Origin: Candidatus Kapaibacterium sp.
Lineage (GTDB): Bacteria; Bacteroidota; Ignavibacteria; Kapaibacteriales; UBA2268
NCBI GenBank assembly: GCA_963664875.1
Contig: OY761611.1
Span: 2,400,001 to 2,464,000 of the forward strand
DNA: 64,000 nucleotides
Direction: 5' to 3'
The notes beneath the pieces were generated by a model. That model was not told the DNA's origin, did not search any database, and saw only the letters and a list, made by a program, of their open reading frames with translations. This document shows positions 40,083 through 50,439 of the stretch, piece by piece; position 1 is the stretch's first letter; each line of letters starts with the position of its first letter. Position numbers and translations under genes: made by a program.

Positions 40083-42845
40083 ATGGAAAAATTATTTCTT
40101 CTCATTTTCACAATCCTCTTAAGTTATTCTATAAATGCGGGAGAGCTGCGTCCATGCATGAATCACTATTCGAATAGTTATCAGGAAGAATTAGATATGA
40201 TTGCCGGTGAAGGGGATCAATTATACGTAGCCGGAAGTGCAGGTATCTATTGTTTAGAAAATATTTACGTGAATTGGCAAAAAATCATGCTTTTAAAAGA
40301 AAACAAACGTAATTTCAGTTTTTTTAGAAGTCCAGACTATACGATTTACTTTACAAATAACAATACTTTATTTCGGATTGATAAATCTACAAGGAGAGTT
40401 GAAGTTGTGTTTGCAACAGCTACTCCAATCAAAAAAATGTTCTTCGAGGAAGACAGAATTATCTTAATGGAAGAAAGACAATTCAATATAGTAGATCTAT
40501 CTTTTAATTTACTCCAGAGAATTGATTTGAAAGAATTTTTGCAAAACAAAAGTACATTTTATCAGGGAATTCCTTTCCTTTCATATTCAAGAACGGAAGG
40601 TTTTCTAATCAGTCATCAAGTACAGTTGGGTATGGAAGATTATTATTATGTACATAATAGCAAGGATAATGGTAAAACATGGGTTACTCAGCCACTTTAT
40701 AACGGAACAAGTAAAGAAATTAGTTTCGCTACTAATCTTAGCGAAAATATTATTATGTACATTTTGGGTGACGGTTCTGACACAGTTTGGTATGACCTCA
40801 AAAACAACAGAGAAATAAATACTGTAGATATTAAGCTTAGCAATACTGGTGACTCAAAGAAAGGTATTAAATTTTCTGAGGTAGGCAATTTGTTAGCTTG
40901 TTTGGATAACAACGATATAAGCAATGTACATTTTAGTTCCGACAGAGGACAAACTTGGAAGAAGATAAATATAGCAACTGAACAATCTATCTCTCAATCC
41001 GGCATTTTATATTTACGTTTTGAAAAGAGGATGATAGATGCATATTTTTATAACAATAAAACAAGTCTGAGTATTCCTTTCCCATTTGCTACAAGCGAAG
41101 AATTTACATCTGATTTTAATACTGTCTTTGAAGTCAATAATAGGCTATGGACTTCATTGCGAGATAATAATGCCGGTATTTTAAAATCAGAAGACAGGGG
41201 TCTAAATTGGTTCAATTTTACTGTGCCCTATGACTACGGAAGACCCAATAGCTTTTTTGTAGATACAAATGAAAACATCTATTATACAAGTTCTGTTGGG
41301 TTAGTCACTGCAGATGCCTATGGAAATTTCCAAGCGCTTGATTCGTTTTTTACTAGAGATATTGTAAAGATGACTAATATAATTGGCAAAATAGATGACT
41401 ATTTAGTGTTAAGTAAAAAAGTTGCAGATAATGACTATAAAATATACAAATATTATTTAAATAGCAATTTCTTAGAGGATGTCGGAATCAACTATGCGAC
41501 TATCAATCTATATCAGGATAAATGTCTCATATCAAATCCAGATAATTTAGGTCAATTGCAAGTCTATAATAAAGATTTTGTCTTAGAAAAAACTTATCAG
41601 ACAGATACAGATACCGAAATCATCAAGGCTGTTATGGATTCCAATCAAGAAATTTACGTAAGTACTAATTTAGGTTTGTTGAAAGCTTCAAAATCATCAA
41701 ATGAATTAAAAGTTTTTGGTGGAATAAGTGATTCTGTAGTTTCAATGTTTTTGACCGAAAAAGATAGTCTTTATGTTTTAACATATTCCGGTAAAGATCT
41801 ATATACTTTGAATGATAGTAGAGATAATTTAGTTCCCTGCTATTCCAATTATGATTGGGATTCTGAACTAATACAATATGTCGGAAAAAACCAGTTTGTT
41901 CTAACTCGTAAGCATGATCCTTGGTATGCAACTATGAAATGTGGCTATTTATCAGAGCAAGAGATTTTAGAAATAAATTTAGATGCTTCAAATTCTTCAC
42001 ATTATGTTATGAAAGATTCAGGAGCTGATTTGCATATATCCAGCAATTCAGATAATTATACTGTTCATCTGAAACAAAAGTATGGCTTACTGGATACAAC
42101 TTTTGTGAGTACTGAAGAAAAATGCACTTACCATATAAATTCTTGCGAACCAAATCAAGTTCTAACTTTTGAAGTTTCTCTTACAAAAGATGGATATGAA
42201 CCTTCAATTACTGAGTTTATCAACTTTTATTATCACGACAAGTATTTAAATGCAAATATTGTTCCTACTTTTCAGAATAAGTATAATCAGTTTCATCAAG
42301 GACAAACTGCGAAAATAAATTTTGCAATACTCGATACAGGCTCTAACAGATTGGCGGGTACTATATACATGAGTAATAACATAAGCAATAATCCGAAAGA
42401 ACAAGTTGTCACTCAAGGTCAGGAAGCTGAGTATCAATTCGACATTCCGGAAGACACAAAAAAAGGTATTTATCGAGTATATTACAGTGGGAAATCAAGT
42501 TCTTTTGGCAATATTGAAGAAAGATATACCTATTTTGTTGTAAATCATATACAATGGGAAAGCATTTCTGAACCAAACTCAATCATCAAAAATGCAAAAG
42601 TTTTCCCTAATCCTACTGCAAACTCAGCGGCAGTTGATTTTCAAATGGAAGAAGCGGGCGACTTAACATGCGAGATATATGACCTCTCCGGCAAACTTAT
42701 AATGTCTATCCCTACTGAGGGATACTACGCTGCGGGAAAGGCTAATTTGTCATTTGATGTTTCTATGCTACAAAGCGGCCAGTATATGATATTCCTAACA
42801 GCGAAGGACAAAGTTACTGCAAGCAAGCTGATAATAGAGAGATAG
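40083..42845 (+). CDS. T9SS CTD secreted beta-propeller protein, paralogue 2
   Basis: Colinear with paralogue 1 over its full length; same CTD. Confidence 0.85.
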   Translation: MEKLFLLIFTILLSYSINAGELRPCMNHYSNSYQEELDMIAGEGDQLYVAGSAGIYCLENIYVNWQKIMLLKENKRNFSFFRSPDYTIYFTNNNTLFRIDKSTRRVEVVFATATPIKKMFFEEDRIILMEERQFNIVDLSFNLLQRIDLKEFLQNKSTFYQGIPFLSYSRTEGFLISHQVQLGMEDYYYVHNSKDNGKTWVTQPLYNGTSKEISFATNLSENIIMYILGDGSDTVWYDLKNNREINTVDIKLSNTGDSKKGIKFSEVGNLLACLDNNDISNVHFSSDRGQTWKKINIATEQSISQSGILYLRFEKRMIDAYFYNNKTSLSIPFPFATSEEFTSDFNTVFEVNNRLWTSLRDNNAGILKSEDRGLNWFNFTVPYDYGRPNSFFVDTNENIYYTSSVGLVTADAYGNFQALDSFFTRDIVKMTNIIGKIDDYLVLSKKVADNDYKIYKYYLNSNFLEDVGINYATINLYQDKCLISNPDNLGQLQVYNKDFVLEKTYQTDTDTEIIKAVMDSNQEIYVSTNLGLLKASKSSNELKVFGGISDSVVSMFLTEKDSLYVLTYSGKDLYTLNDSRDNLVPCYSNYDWDSELIQYVGKNQFVLTRKHDPWYATMKCGYLSEQEILEINLDASNSSHYVMKDSGADLHISSNSDNYTVHLKQKYGLLDTTFVSTEEKCTYHINSCEPNQVLTFEVSLTKDGYEPSITEFINFYYHDKYLNANIVPTFQNKYNQFHQGQTAKINFAILDTGSNRLAGTIYMSNNISNNPKEQVVTQGQEAEYQFDIPEDTKKGIYRVYYSGKSSSFGNIEERYTYFVVNHIQWESISEPNSIIKNAKVFPNPTANSAAVDFQMEEAGDLTCEIYDLSGKLIMSIPTEGYYAAGKANLSFDVSMLQSGQYMIFLTAKDKVTASKLIIER

Positions 42846-43122
42846 GAAATTCAGAAAAGCTGATAAAAAACCTTTCCAAAATGAATATATATCTCTTATA
42901 AGTTAAATAAAAACTTTAGGGGGTATTAGTTTTCTTGTACCTAATAGCAGTAAGTGTCTATTTAAATAGTGGATTGTAAATATTTTAAACATTACACCCT
43001 AATATGGTACTACTTAGAATGTTCAATGACAATTTGCACTAAATTAGATTGCATGAAACTTAATATAAATCTATTCGTTTTGTAATACACTAACTATGTT
43101 TAAGAATTGCGAGAGGTATTGT

Positions 43123-45918
43123 ATGCGGAGCCTTAATACTGCATTTATTATGTTATTATTGTTTTCAGTATCTTTAATATCGAAAGACATAATGAGATCA
43201 CTACTCATTCACGATGATCCTACACATATAGGAAGCCATATTTGTGGTGGAAGCGGTGATAACTTGTATATGGCTATAGACTCTTTGCTTTATCAAAAAA
43301 GCGGCATTGATGGTGAATGGTCGGAGATATATCAATTACCAAACGATCCATATCATGCCTATGCTATTACTTATAATGATTACCGACTCAAATTTTACAA
43401 AGATGACTCTTTTAACGTTTATTTTGCTTTAGGCTCAATATTCTATAAAATCGATAGTCAAACCCAAGTTGTTGATCCGGTGTATTCTACAAATTCTAAG
43501 ATTAAATCTGCCATTTTTGAAGACGATAAAATCATATTAATGGAAGAAGATAAATTCCACATTTTGACTTCTGATTTTGAGCAAATTGAAGTAATCGATA
43601 TGTCTTCCCTCTCAGATTTGCATTTTATTGACTTCTCAGATATTACTAACAGAATAGCATATATTAGGGGAGAGGGATATTGCTATAATGTAATCAAACC
43701 TGAAACTACACAAGTTTTGAATTCAGCGTTTGTTTCCACTCAAAGTATTGATAGTTTCCCCGAATTTGGTAAATTTTACGATACAGAAGCCAAACTCCAC
43801 AACGTTGCTAATCTTACGAATAATCTAATTTTGGTGTCTGAAGGAGATGACTTATTCGATATGGCAAGTTATATCTACGATCTAAAAACAAAATCCAGGA
43901 TTTTCATACCTTCCAATCCCGATTTCAAAGAATATAGGTTCCAATTTGAGGAAAGTGGAGATATATTAACCCTTTCTTTTAATGACATCAACGAATTTAC
44001 ACAATATAGTACAGATAGAGGTAAAACTTGGACTGAAGTTAGTTCATACACTTTGTACGAATTATGCGTTACAGAAAGTGGCCAAATTTATGGCTTTTAT
44101 CCTGCAACCGGTCTAATTGCTCTCGATAACGCAAGTAATAAATGGAATCAAGTAAATCTACCTGGATCTTATTTTTCTTATATAAAAGAAAACACTAAGG
44201 ACTATTTTGAGCAGAACAACGCCATCAAAGCTTTATGGAAAAACAATTCCATAATTACCAGTACCAATAATGGCAAGACTTGGACTCAAGAAGCATTGCC
44301 GGTAGAAACTCAAAATGCGGATGCCCTATTTGTAGATAGTCAAGATAATTATATCTATTTATGCGAAGTAGGTTTATACAAAAAAGAAGCAAATGCTACT
44401 TGGGAACTCCTTTCTTCTGAATTGCCTTATAGCTCAATTTCTGATTGCAAAATCATCGATGTTAATGACATGCGTATCCTAATAGCATCAAGCCAAAATG
44501 ATACAGACTATCAGCTCTTTGAGTTTAGTTTAACGGAAAACAAGTTTACTGACTTAAGTGTTAATTTCAGAGACTTACAAAAATCTGCTGATGGTAATTT
44601 TTATTATGTGCCGAAGAACGATATGCAAACTATCATTAAATCAACTAATGATTTTACAATGGTGGATTCCAAAAATCTGAACTATGCCTATGACATTGAT
44701 AAGATATTACTTGATAAAATAGGAAGTATATATGTTGCGACACAAAAAGGTTTATTCAAATCACTGGATTGGAATTCTGATTTTGAAAAGCTTGGAAATA
44801 TAAACAATGAAGTTGAAAATATGCATTTGAATAGTAATGATACTATGTTTGTAAATTTCAAAGACTCAGAATATTTCTATTTTGTAGAACCATATAAATT
44901 TCAAATTGAAACAATACCTGATATAACAGGCTGGCAAAACAAAAGTTTAGCTTTTATTTCAGCAAATAATACTGCAATAATTGAAAAGAATCGGAACGGG
45001 ACGCTCTCTTATGTTAAATTATTGCAGGATATGGATATTCATTTGAATTACTCTGTAACTGATTCTTGTTTTGAATATGATTCGAAGCCACAGCTTCTAA
45101 TCTATCCAAATGCTAAGGACTACGACATTAAGATTATTGATTATTCTTCTCTTGCTGACACTACTCTTATAGCTACAGGTGATACTGCTGTTTACAACAT
45201 TGACTTCTTGCCACATCAAAACATCAGTATGAGGATTGTTGCTTCAGTACAAGGTAAAAATCCATTCTATAGTGATATAATAAATATCAAAACTTATGTG
45301 GGACGAAGCGACACTCATATTATAGCTGAATCCCAGGTAGGCTCTAATGATTATAAAAATACTTTTGATACAGGTAAATCAGGCAAATACAAGCTTTCTA
45401 TTGTAGATGGAAATGGGAATCCTGTCGATGGGTTGGTTAACATACATAATTCTTTCAATAACGAGACCCAGAATTTCAATGTCACATCTTCGAAAGTAAC
45501 AAAATATGAATTCGAGATTCCTTCGAACTCTGAGTATGGAATTTATAAGCTGAGCTACTCAGGAAAGGCAGATGATTTAGGAGAAGTTCCGGAATCATAT
45601 TTGTATTTCATAATACACGGTTGGATTTGGGATTCAGTCGAAGAACTAAACTCAATCATCAAAAACGCAAAAGTTTTCCCTAATCCTACCGCAAACTCAG
45701 CTACAGTTGATTTTAAAATGGAAGAAGCAGGCGACTTAACTTGCGAGATATATGACCTATCCGGCAAGCGAATAATGTCTATTCCTACTGAGGGTTATTA
45801 TGCTGCTGGACAGGCTAATTTGTCATTTGATGTTTCTATGCTACAAAGCGGCCAGTATATGATATTTCTAAAAGCGAAGGACAAAGTTACTGCAAGCAAG
45901 CTGATAATAGAGAGATAG
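43123..45918 (+). CDS. T9SS CTD secreted beta-propeller protein, paralogue 3 (divergent body)
   Basis: STDRGKTW and STNNGKTW Asp-boxes; CTD nearly identical to paralogue 1; GAGAGG RBS before ATG 43123. Confidence 0.85.
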   Translation: MRSLNTAFIMLLLFSVSLISKDIMRSLLIHDDPTHIGSHICGGSGDNLYMAIDSLLYQKSGIDGEWSEIYQLPNDPYHAYAITYNDYRLKFYKDDSFNVYFALGSIFYKIDSQTQVVDPVYSTNSKIKSAIFEDDKIILMEEDKFHILTSDFEQIEVIDMSSLSDLHFIDFSDITNRIAYIRGEGYCYNVIKPETTQVLNSAFVSTQSIDSFPEFGKFYDTEAKLHNVANLTNNLILVSEGDDLFDMASYIYDLKTKSRIFIPSNPDFKEYRFQFEESGDILTLSFNDINEFTQYSTDRGKTWTEVSSYTLYELCVTESGQIYGFYPATGLIALDNASNKWNQVNLPGSYFSYIKENTKDYFEQNNAIKALWKNNSIITSTNNGKTWTQEALPVETQNADALFVDSQDNYIYLCEVGLYKKEANATWELLSSELPYSSISDCKIIDVNDMRILIASSQNDTDYQLFEFSLTENKFTDLSVNFRDLQKSADGNFYYVPKNDMQTIIKSTNDFTMVDSKNLNYAYDIDKILLDKIGSIYVATQKGLFKSLDWNSDFEKLGNINNEVENMHLNSNDTMFVNFKDSEYFYFVEPYKFQIETIPDITGWQNKSLAFISANNTAIIEKNRNGTLSYVKLLQDMDIHLNYSVTDSCFEYDSKPQLLIYPNAKDYDIKIIDYSSLADTTLIATGDTAVYNIDFLPHQNISMRIVASVQGKNPFYSDIINIKTYVGRSDTHIIAESQVGSNDYKNTFDTGKSGKYKLSIVDGNGNPVDGLVNIHNSFNNETQNFNVTSSKVTKYEFEIPSNSEYGIYKLSYSGKADDLGEVPESYLYFIIHGWIWDSVEELNSIIKNAKVFPNPTANSATVDFKMEEAGDLTCEIYDLSGKRIMSIPTEGYYAAGQANLSFDVSMLQSGQYMIFLKAKDKVTASKLIIER

Positions 45919-45939
45919 GAAATTCAATCGCTGTAATAC

Positions 45940-45975
45940 AAAAAACCTTCCTTATTTCTAAATAGGGAAGGTTTT
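45940..45975. terminator. Bidirectional terminator
   Basis: aaaaaaccttccttattt-ct-aaatagggaaggtttt between convergent genes. Confidence 0.8.
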
Positions 45976-46004
45976 CTAGTGATTTATTCGAATAATATTT
46001 CAGT

Positions 46005-48185
46005 TTATTTCAAACTGAATCGTAAACCTGCTCCAAAAGTAGCATGTGATACTTGTGGGTAAGCAACTGAGTAATATTTTGAATAGTCATCTTCGTATGC
46101 ATCAGTGTTAGTGATATTTCTACCCCAAACATTAAGCCAAAGCATATCTTTCACAATTTCTTTTTCGATATTGATGTCTAATCTGATTCTGGACTTTGCT
46201 TCTGTGTCTCTTGTGTTCGGAATCAAATCATCATTTGCACTTCTTGGATCTAACTGAAGCATATAATTATAAGATCCTCCACGAGCATACTCAGATGCAT
46301 AAACAAACTGAGCAGAAAGATTCAGTCCTATCGAAGGAATATCATAATAAGGTCTGAAACGGATCACATTTTCCGGCGATTCCTGTACGTAGTTGTCGTC
46401 GTCTGTATCGTATGTGTACAGAGCATACGAGAGCTCAAGTTTTAGATTTTTCACAGGATTAGCTTTCAAAATAATTTCACCGCCCATGCTTTTTACATCT
46501 TCCATATTTGTATAAAACAATGGAACTATAAGGTTTTCGGTTGGATAAATATCAGATGGTCTAATATATTTTGCCATTGTAGTCGGATCTGCAATAGCAC
46601 TGTTGTCCAAATCAATTACACCTTTGATATCTGAGTAGAAGAATGATGCATCAATCATCAATCCGGGAACTATAGTTGTACGTCCGCCAAATTCAAACGT
46701 TATATATTCGGTAGGATTGACATTGTCTCCGGGAACTACTGCCACATAAGCCGCAGGAGATCCTGCAGGGAGCATATCTGATGGGACTCTTATCATCCTT
46801 CTTTCCAACCTTGTCTGAGCATACCCCGGAGTAGTGATAGAACGTGATGCTGCAGCCCAAAACATTAGATCGTCTTGTGGTTTTACTAAAATACGGGCAG
46901 ATGGAGAGATTTCCGGGTCGTCGCTTACTAAAGTCCAAGTCTCTGCTTTTGCACCTAAAGTAAGAGAAAGCCAGTTAGTAAAAGATATTTTATCTTGAAC
47001 AAAGAAAGAATATAGGGTCTCTGTAGCATCTAATTTGGAAAAGTTAATATCTTCGTCAATTCCGGTATTTTGAATATCATACATTACAGAACCAAAAGAA
47101 AGACCCGCAGAGAAATTGTTAATTCCATAAACAAGGTTATCCTGCAATTCTACATTGAAAATGGAAACATTTGGTGAATAGGTGCCACCAAGAACCTGAT
47201 CTCCTGATATTTTGCGGTAATATACCTGAGCGAACATATTGTGATTTTCTGCGAATGTATAATCAGCTCTGTCGCTAACTAATATTTCCGAAGTTTTTTC
47301 TTCTGCGAGAAATGGTTTATAGGCAGAATAATCCTGACCGGTGGCTTGCAAGCCCATCATTATAAGTTCGTTATCGACAGTATTTGTGTACATATCTGAT
47401 TTTACATTCGAATAAATACCTCTAAGTCTGTTGGTAAGGTTTTCACCAAACTGAGACTGTAGGTTAAATCCGGCACTAAGAGCTTCTCTGCCGTAGCTGT
47501 CCTCTGTGTATTTATTGTTTGGATTGTTTTCCATCAGCTCGTTCAAATCGTAACCTTTGTGGTTTTTATAACCTGCGAAAAGAGTAAAGTTTGAGCGAGA
47601 GGTAATTTTTTTACCATAGCTCACAAACGGAGCGACATAATTTTGAGTTCCACCTTCGACAGCAAGGTTCAGTCCGTCATTGTTATTTGCATCTTTAGTG
47701 TAAATATTGATGATACCTGTGTTTGCATTCGCCCCATAGATAGTGCCGCCAGGGCCTTTGATTACCTCAATTCTTTGGATTTGGCTAAGTGGAATTTCAA
47801 GCCAAGAAAACCCAAAAGAACCAAGAAGAGGAGAATTTACAGGGATACCGTCAACCAGCACAGATACTGACTGAGCTAAGATATCGGATTCACTTCGGAT
47901 ACCATCATTGGTGTTGTAATAGTTGTAGTCGTGCGACCAATAACCCGGAACAAGCATCAATACATCTTGCAAACGAGTTGCTCCACTTCTGCGGATATCA
48001 TCTTCGGATACAACATAAATTGAAGAAGCTACATCCATCAAAGACTCTGCTTTTTTTGAAACCGATGATACTTCCATGCCCAGCAAATCATCAAGGGACA
48101 TTTCCATTAAATCATCAGCTTCTTGTGCTTTTGATGCAACAAATGACATACAAGTCAATAACACCAGTAAAGCAAATTTTTTCAT
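46005..48185 (-). CDS. TonB-dependent receptor
   Basis: DLMEMSLDDLLGMEVSSVSKK N-terminus, plug IQRIEVIKGPGGTIYGANA, SPSAR, C-terminal WGRNI...GLRF. Confidence 0.9.
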   Translation of the reverse strand: MKKFALLVLLTCMSFVASKAQEADDLMEMSLDDLLGMEVSSVSKKAESLMDVASSIYVVSEDDIRRSGATRLQDVLMLVPGYWSHDYNYYNTNDGIRSESDILAQSVSVLVDGIPVNSPLLGSFGFSWLEIPLSQIQRIEVIKGPGGTIYGANANTGIINIYTKDANNNDGLNLAVEGGTQNYVAPFVSYGKKITSRSNFTLFAGYKNHKGYDLNELMENNPNNKYTEDSYGREALSAGFNLQSQFGENLTNRLRGIYSNVKSDMYTNTVDNELIMMGLQATGQDYSAYKPFLAEEKTSEILVSDRADYTFAENHNMFAQVYYRKISGDQVLGGTYSPNVSIFNVELQDNLVYGINNFSAGLSFGSVMYDIQNTGIDEDINFSKLDATETLYSFFVQDKISFTNWLSLTLGAKAETWTLVSDDPEISPSARILVKPQDDLMFWAAASRSITTPGYAQTRLERRMIRVPSDMLPAGSPAAYVAVVPGDNVNPTEYITFEFGGRTTIVPGLMIDASFFYSDIKGVIDLDNSAIADPTTMAKYIRPSDIYPTENLIVPLFYTNMEDVKSMGGEIILKANPVKNLKLELSYALYTYDTDDDNYVQESPENVIRFRPYYDIPSIGLNLSAQFVYASEYARGGSYNYMLQLDPRSANDDLIPNTRDTEAKSRIRLDINIEKEIVKDMLWLNVWGRNITNTDAYEDDYSKYYSVAYPQVSHATFGAGLRFSLK

Positions 48186-48522
48186 TCATACCCTCATTCT
48201 AATAGTGTGTGAGATTTATATTACAAAACTACATAATTTCGGTATTATTTGTCTGCTATATATATAATATAAGAACTGAATGATAATAATTTATTGTATC
48301 AATATTATTTATAGGGAAAAACAACCGTAATAATATGCAATATTATGAAGTGGAATGTAGATTATCATATTAATGGATGCTTTGATTCGAAGAGCTTAGA
48401 TAGATATAACTTATGATGTGTCAAAGGGTATGTGTAAGTAAAAAACTATAAAGAAAATAATAGCCAGATAAACAGTAAAACTGAGTTGCAAATTGCTTAC
48501 TTAATTCGAACGAAACATTCAC

Positions 48523-48553
48523 AAAAAAAGGTGCCTCTTTTTCAAGAGACACC
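48523..48553 (-). terminator. Terminator of the perR-dps-prx operon
   Basis: aaaaaaaggtgcctctt..aagagacacc. Confidence 0.7.
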
Positions 48554-48579
48554 CTATTTATTTTACACCATATAGGTGA

Positions 48580-49236
48580 TTATTTTTCAACATCTTTATA
48601 GCAGAACCACCAGTCGTAGTTTTCATATCTGCCTTTTTTGTATTCAGCAGCTTTGATATCAGTTGCAGGTGGCACTATAACTTTTCCGCCAATCAGTCCG
48701 TTATTTGGCCAGTTAGCCGGCATCGCTACTTTGTTACTGTCCGAAATCTGAATAGCTTTTACCATCCTGATGATTTCGTCCATGTTTCTGCCTAATTCCT
48801 GTGGGTAGTATAGAATAGCTCTGATTTTGCCATTAGGATCAAGTAAAAATACGGCTCTTACAGTATTAGTACCTTTACCCGGATGTATAAAACCAAGTTT
48901 TTCAGATACAGCACCGTTATCAGCTATAATTGGGAATTCGATTTGAACTTTCAAATTGTCTTTGATCCATTCTACCCATTTCATGTGAGAGAATACCTGG
49001 TCAACACTAAGACCAATTAGTTCTGTGTTTAATTCTCTAAATTCAGGGTATCTTTCTTGAAAAGCAACGAATTCTGTAGTACAAACAGGAGTAAAGTCAG
49101 CCGGGTGGCTAAACAATATTACCCATTTGCCGTTCATGTCTTTTGGTAATGTCATTGGACCGTGTGTAGTTAACACTTCCATTTCAGGGAACATATCGCC
49201 TAACAAAGGCATACCGCTTTTCTTTTCTTCACACAT
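48580..49236 (-). CDS. Peroxiredoxin (Prx6/1-Cys type)
   Basis: [35 protein letters not shown]. Confidence 0.95.
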   Translation of the reverse strand: MCEEKKSGMPLLGDMFPEMEVLTTHGPMTLPKDMNGKWVILFSHPADFTPVCTTEFVAFQERYPEFRELNTELIGLSVDQVFSHMKWVEWIKDNLKVQIEFPIIADNGAVSEKLGFIHPGKGTNTVRAVFLLDPNGKIRAILYYPQELGRNMDEIIRMVKAIQISDSNKVAMPANWPNNGLIGGKVIVPPATDIKAAEYKKGRYENYDWWFCYKDVEK

Positions 49237-49275
49237 GTGATAAATCCTTATATAGATAAAACAAAATATAAAATA

Positions 49276-49752
49276 TTACTTATTGAGGAATGCGGAATAC
49301 ATCCACACTAATTTTTCCTGTTCTCTAATGTAATCGCTCGCCATGGAGTTGGTGCCTTCGTCTTCTGCATCAGCAGCTATGTCGAGCAAATCTCTTTGTT
49401 TGCGAAGCAATACCGAAAACCCATTTAAAATTTCTTCTACGCATTGCTTTCCGTCAGTAATGTTAACTGCTTCTTTGATTTCAGAAGAAGCTATGTAGTT
49501 AGAATAGCTATGTAGAGGCATTTTGCCTAAAGTAAGAATGCGTTCTGCGATTTCGTCAATTTTTAGTATCAGATCATTATAGAGTTCTTCAAATTTTACA
49601 TGAAGCTCGAAAAATTTATCACCCTTAATATTCCAGTGAAAACCTCTAACGTTCATGTAAAAGACTTGGTAGTTTGCAAGTAAGTCATTGAGTTTAACTG
49701 CAAGCAGGTCTGCTTTTCCTGCATCAATTCCAATGTGATTGTAATTACTCAT
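49276..49752 (-). CDS. dps: Dps DNA starvation/stationary-phase protein
   Basis: FHWNIKG..FFELHVKFEELY, DEIAERI, EQEKLVWM. Confidence 0.95.
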   Translation of the reverse strand: MSNYNHIGIDAGKADLLAVKLNDLLANYQVFYMNVRGFHWNIKGDKFFELHVKFEELYNDLILKIDEIAERILTLGKMPLHSYSNYIASSEIKEAVNITDGKQCVEEILNGFSVLLRKQRDLLDIAADAEDEGTNSMASDYIREQEKLVWMYSAFLNK

Positions 49753-49758
49753 GATAGA

Positions 49759-50172
49759 TTATCTCCTATATTTACCTTTAATGTTCACTACAACATCCTG
49801 TATATCAAAACCGGGAATGCCTTTTTCCCTAAAGTAATTTTCTATAATTAGCGTTAAGTTGTCGTCGTGGTAGTCAGCTATGCTACCGGACTCAGTATCA
49901 AAAAGGTGATGGTGCTTATGTGTTTTTGCGTCGTATCTTTGAGCGTCGTCTTCTGTCTGCATTGTTTTTACAATGCCTTTGCTGACAAAAGTTTCTAAGG
50001 TGTTGTAAATCGAAGCCAAAGAGATAGACGGCAGAATACTTTGTGTCTTGTAAAATATTTGGTCTGCTGTCGGATGCGTATGGCTTTCAATTAATACCTG
50101 ATAAACAGCTAAGCGCTGAGGCGTACATCTAAGTCCGTTGTCAATCAGCATCTGTTTTATATTATTTTCCAT
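49759..50172 (-). CDS. perR: Fur-family peroxide regulator PerR (lacks CxxC motifs)
   Basis: TPQRLAV, HPTAD, SLASIYNTL, RYDA..HKHHH; first gene of the dps-prx operon. Confidence 0.8.
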   Translation of the reverse strand: MENNIKQMLIDNGLRCTPQRLAVYQVLIESHTHPTADQIFYKTQSILPSISLASIYNTLETFVSKGIVKTMQTEDDAQRYDAKTHKHHHLFDTESGSIADYHDDNLTLIIENYFREKGIPGFDIQDVVVNIKGKYRR

Positions 50173-50201
50173 CTTTTTACCTTTTGCATAACTCTCACAT
50201 A

Positions 50202-50234
50202 TTTAGAATCGTTCTAAACTTAGAATTATTTTAA
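50202..50234. promoter_or_regulatory. Tandem PerR/Fur boxes
   Basis: TTTAGAA-TCG-TTCTAAA palindrome plus TTAGAATTATTTTAA, about 30 bp upstream of perR. Confidence 0.75.
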
Positions 50235-50439
50235 ACAAAATCAAAAAAATTGAAATATTTTCTAAAATTCTCTGGGGACACTGATTTAAAGCTAATCTGA
50301 TACTGCAAAATATTTTGAAGAGATAGCAAATCCTTACTTCTATAGAAGTCAAAAATTTGACGCAGAGTAAAATAATTGGCACAATTTTATCTAAATATGC
50401 TATATTGCCTGTTTGACTATATAGTGTATATCTTTGCTG

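Noticed and set aside
36972-45918. Diversity-generating retroelement TR/VR pair
   Set aside because: No reverse transcriptase in the window, differences are not adenine-specific, and the C-terminus is the conserved part rather than the variable part.
48580-50234. perR-dps-prx as a novel system
   Set aside because: A well-known peroxide-stress arrangement; listed as features only.
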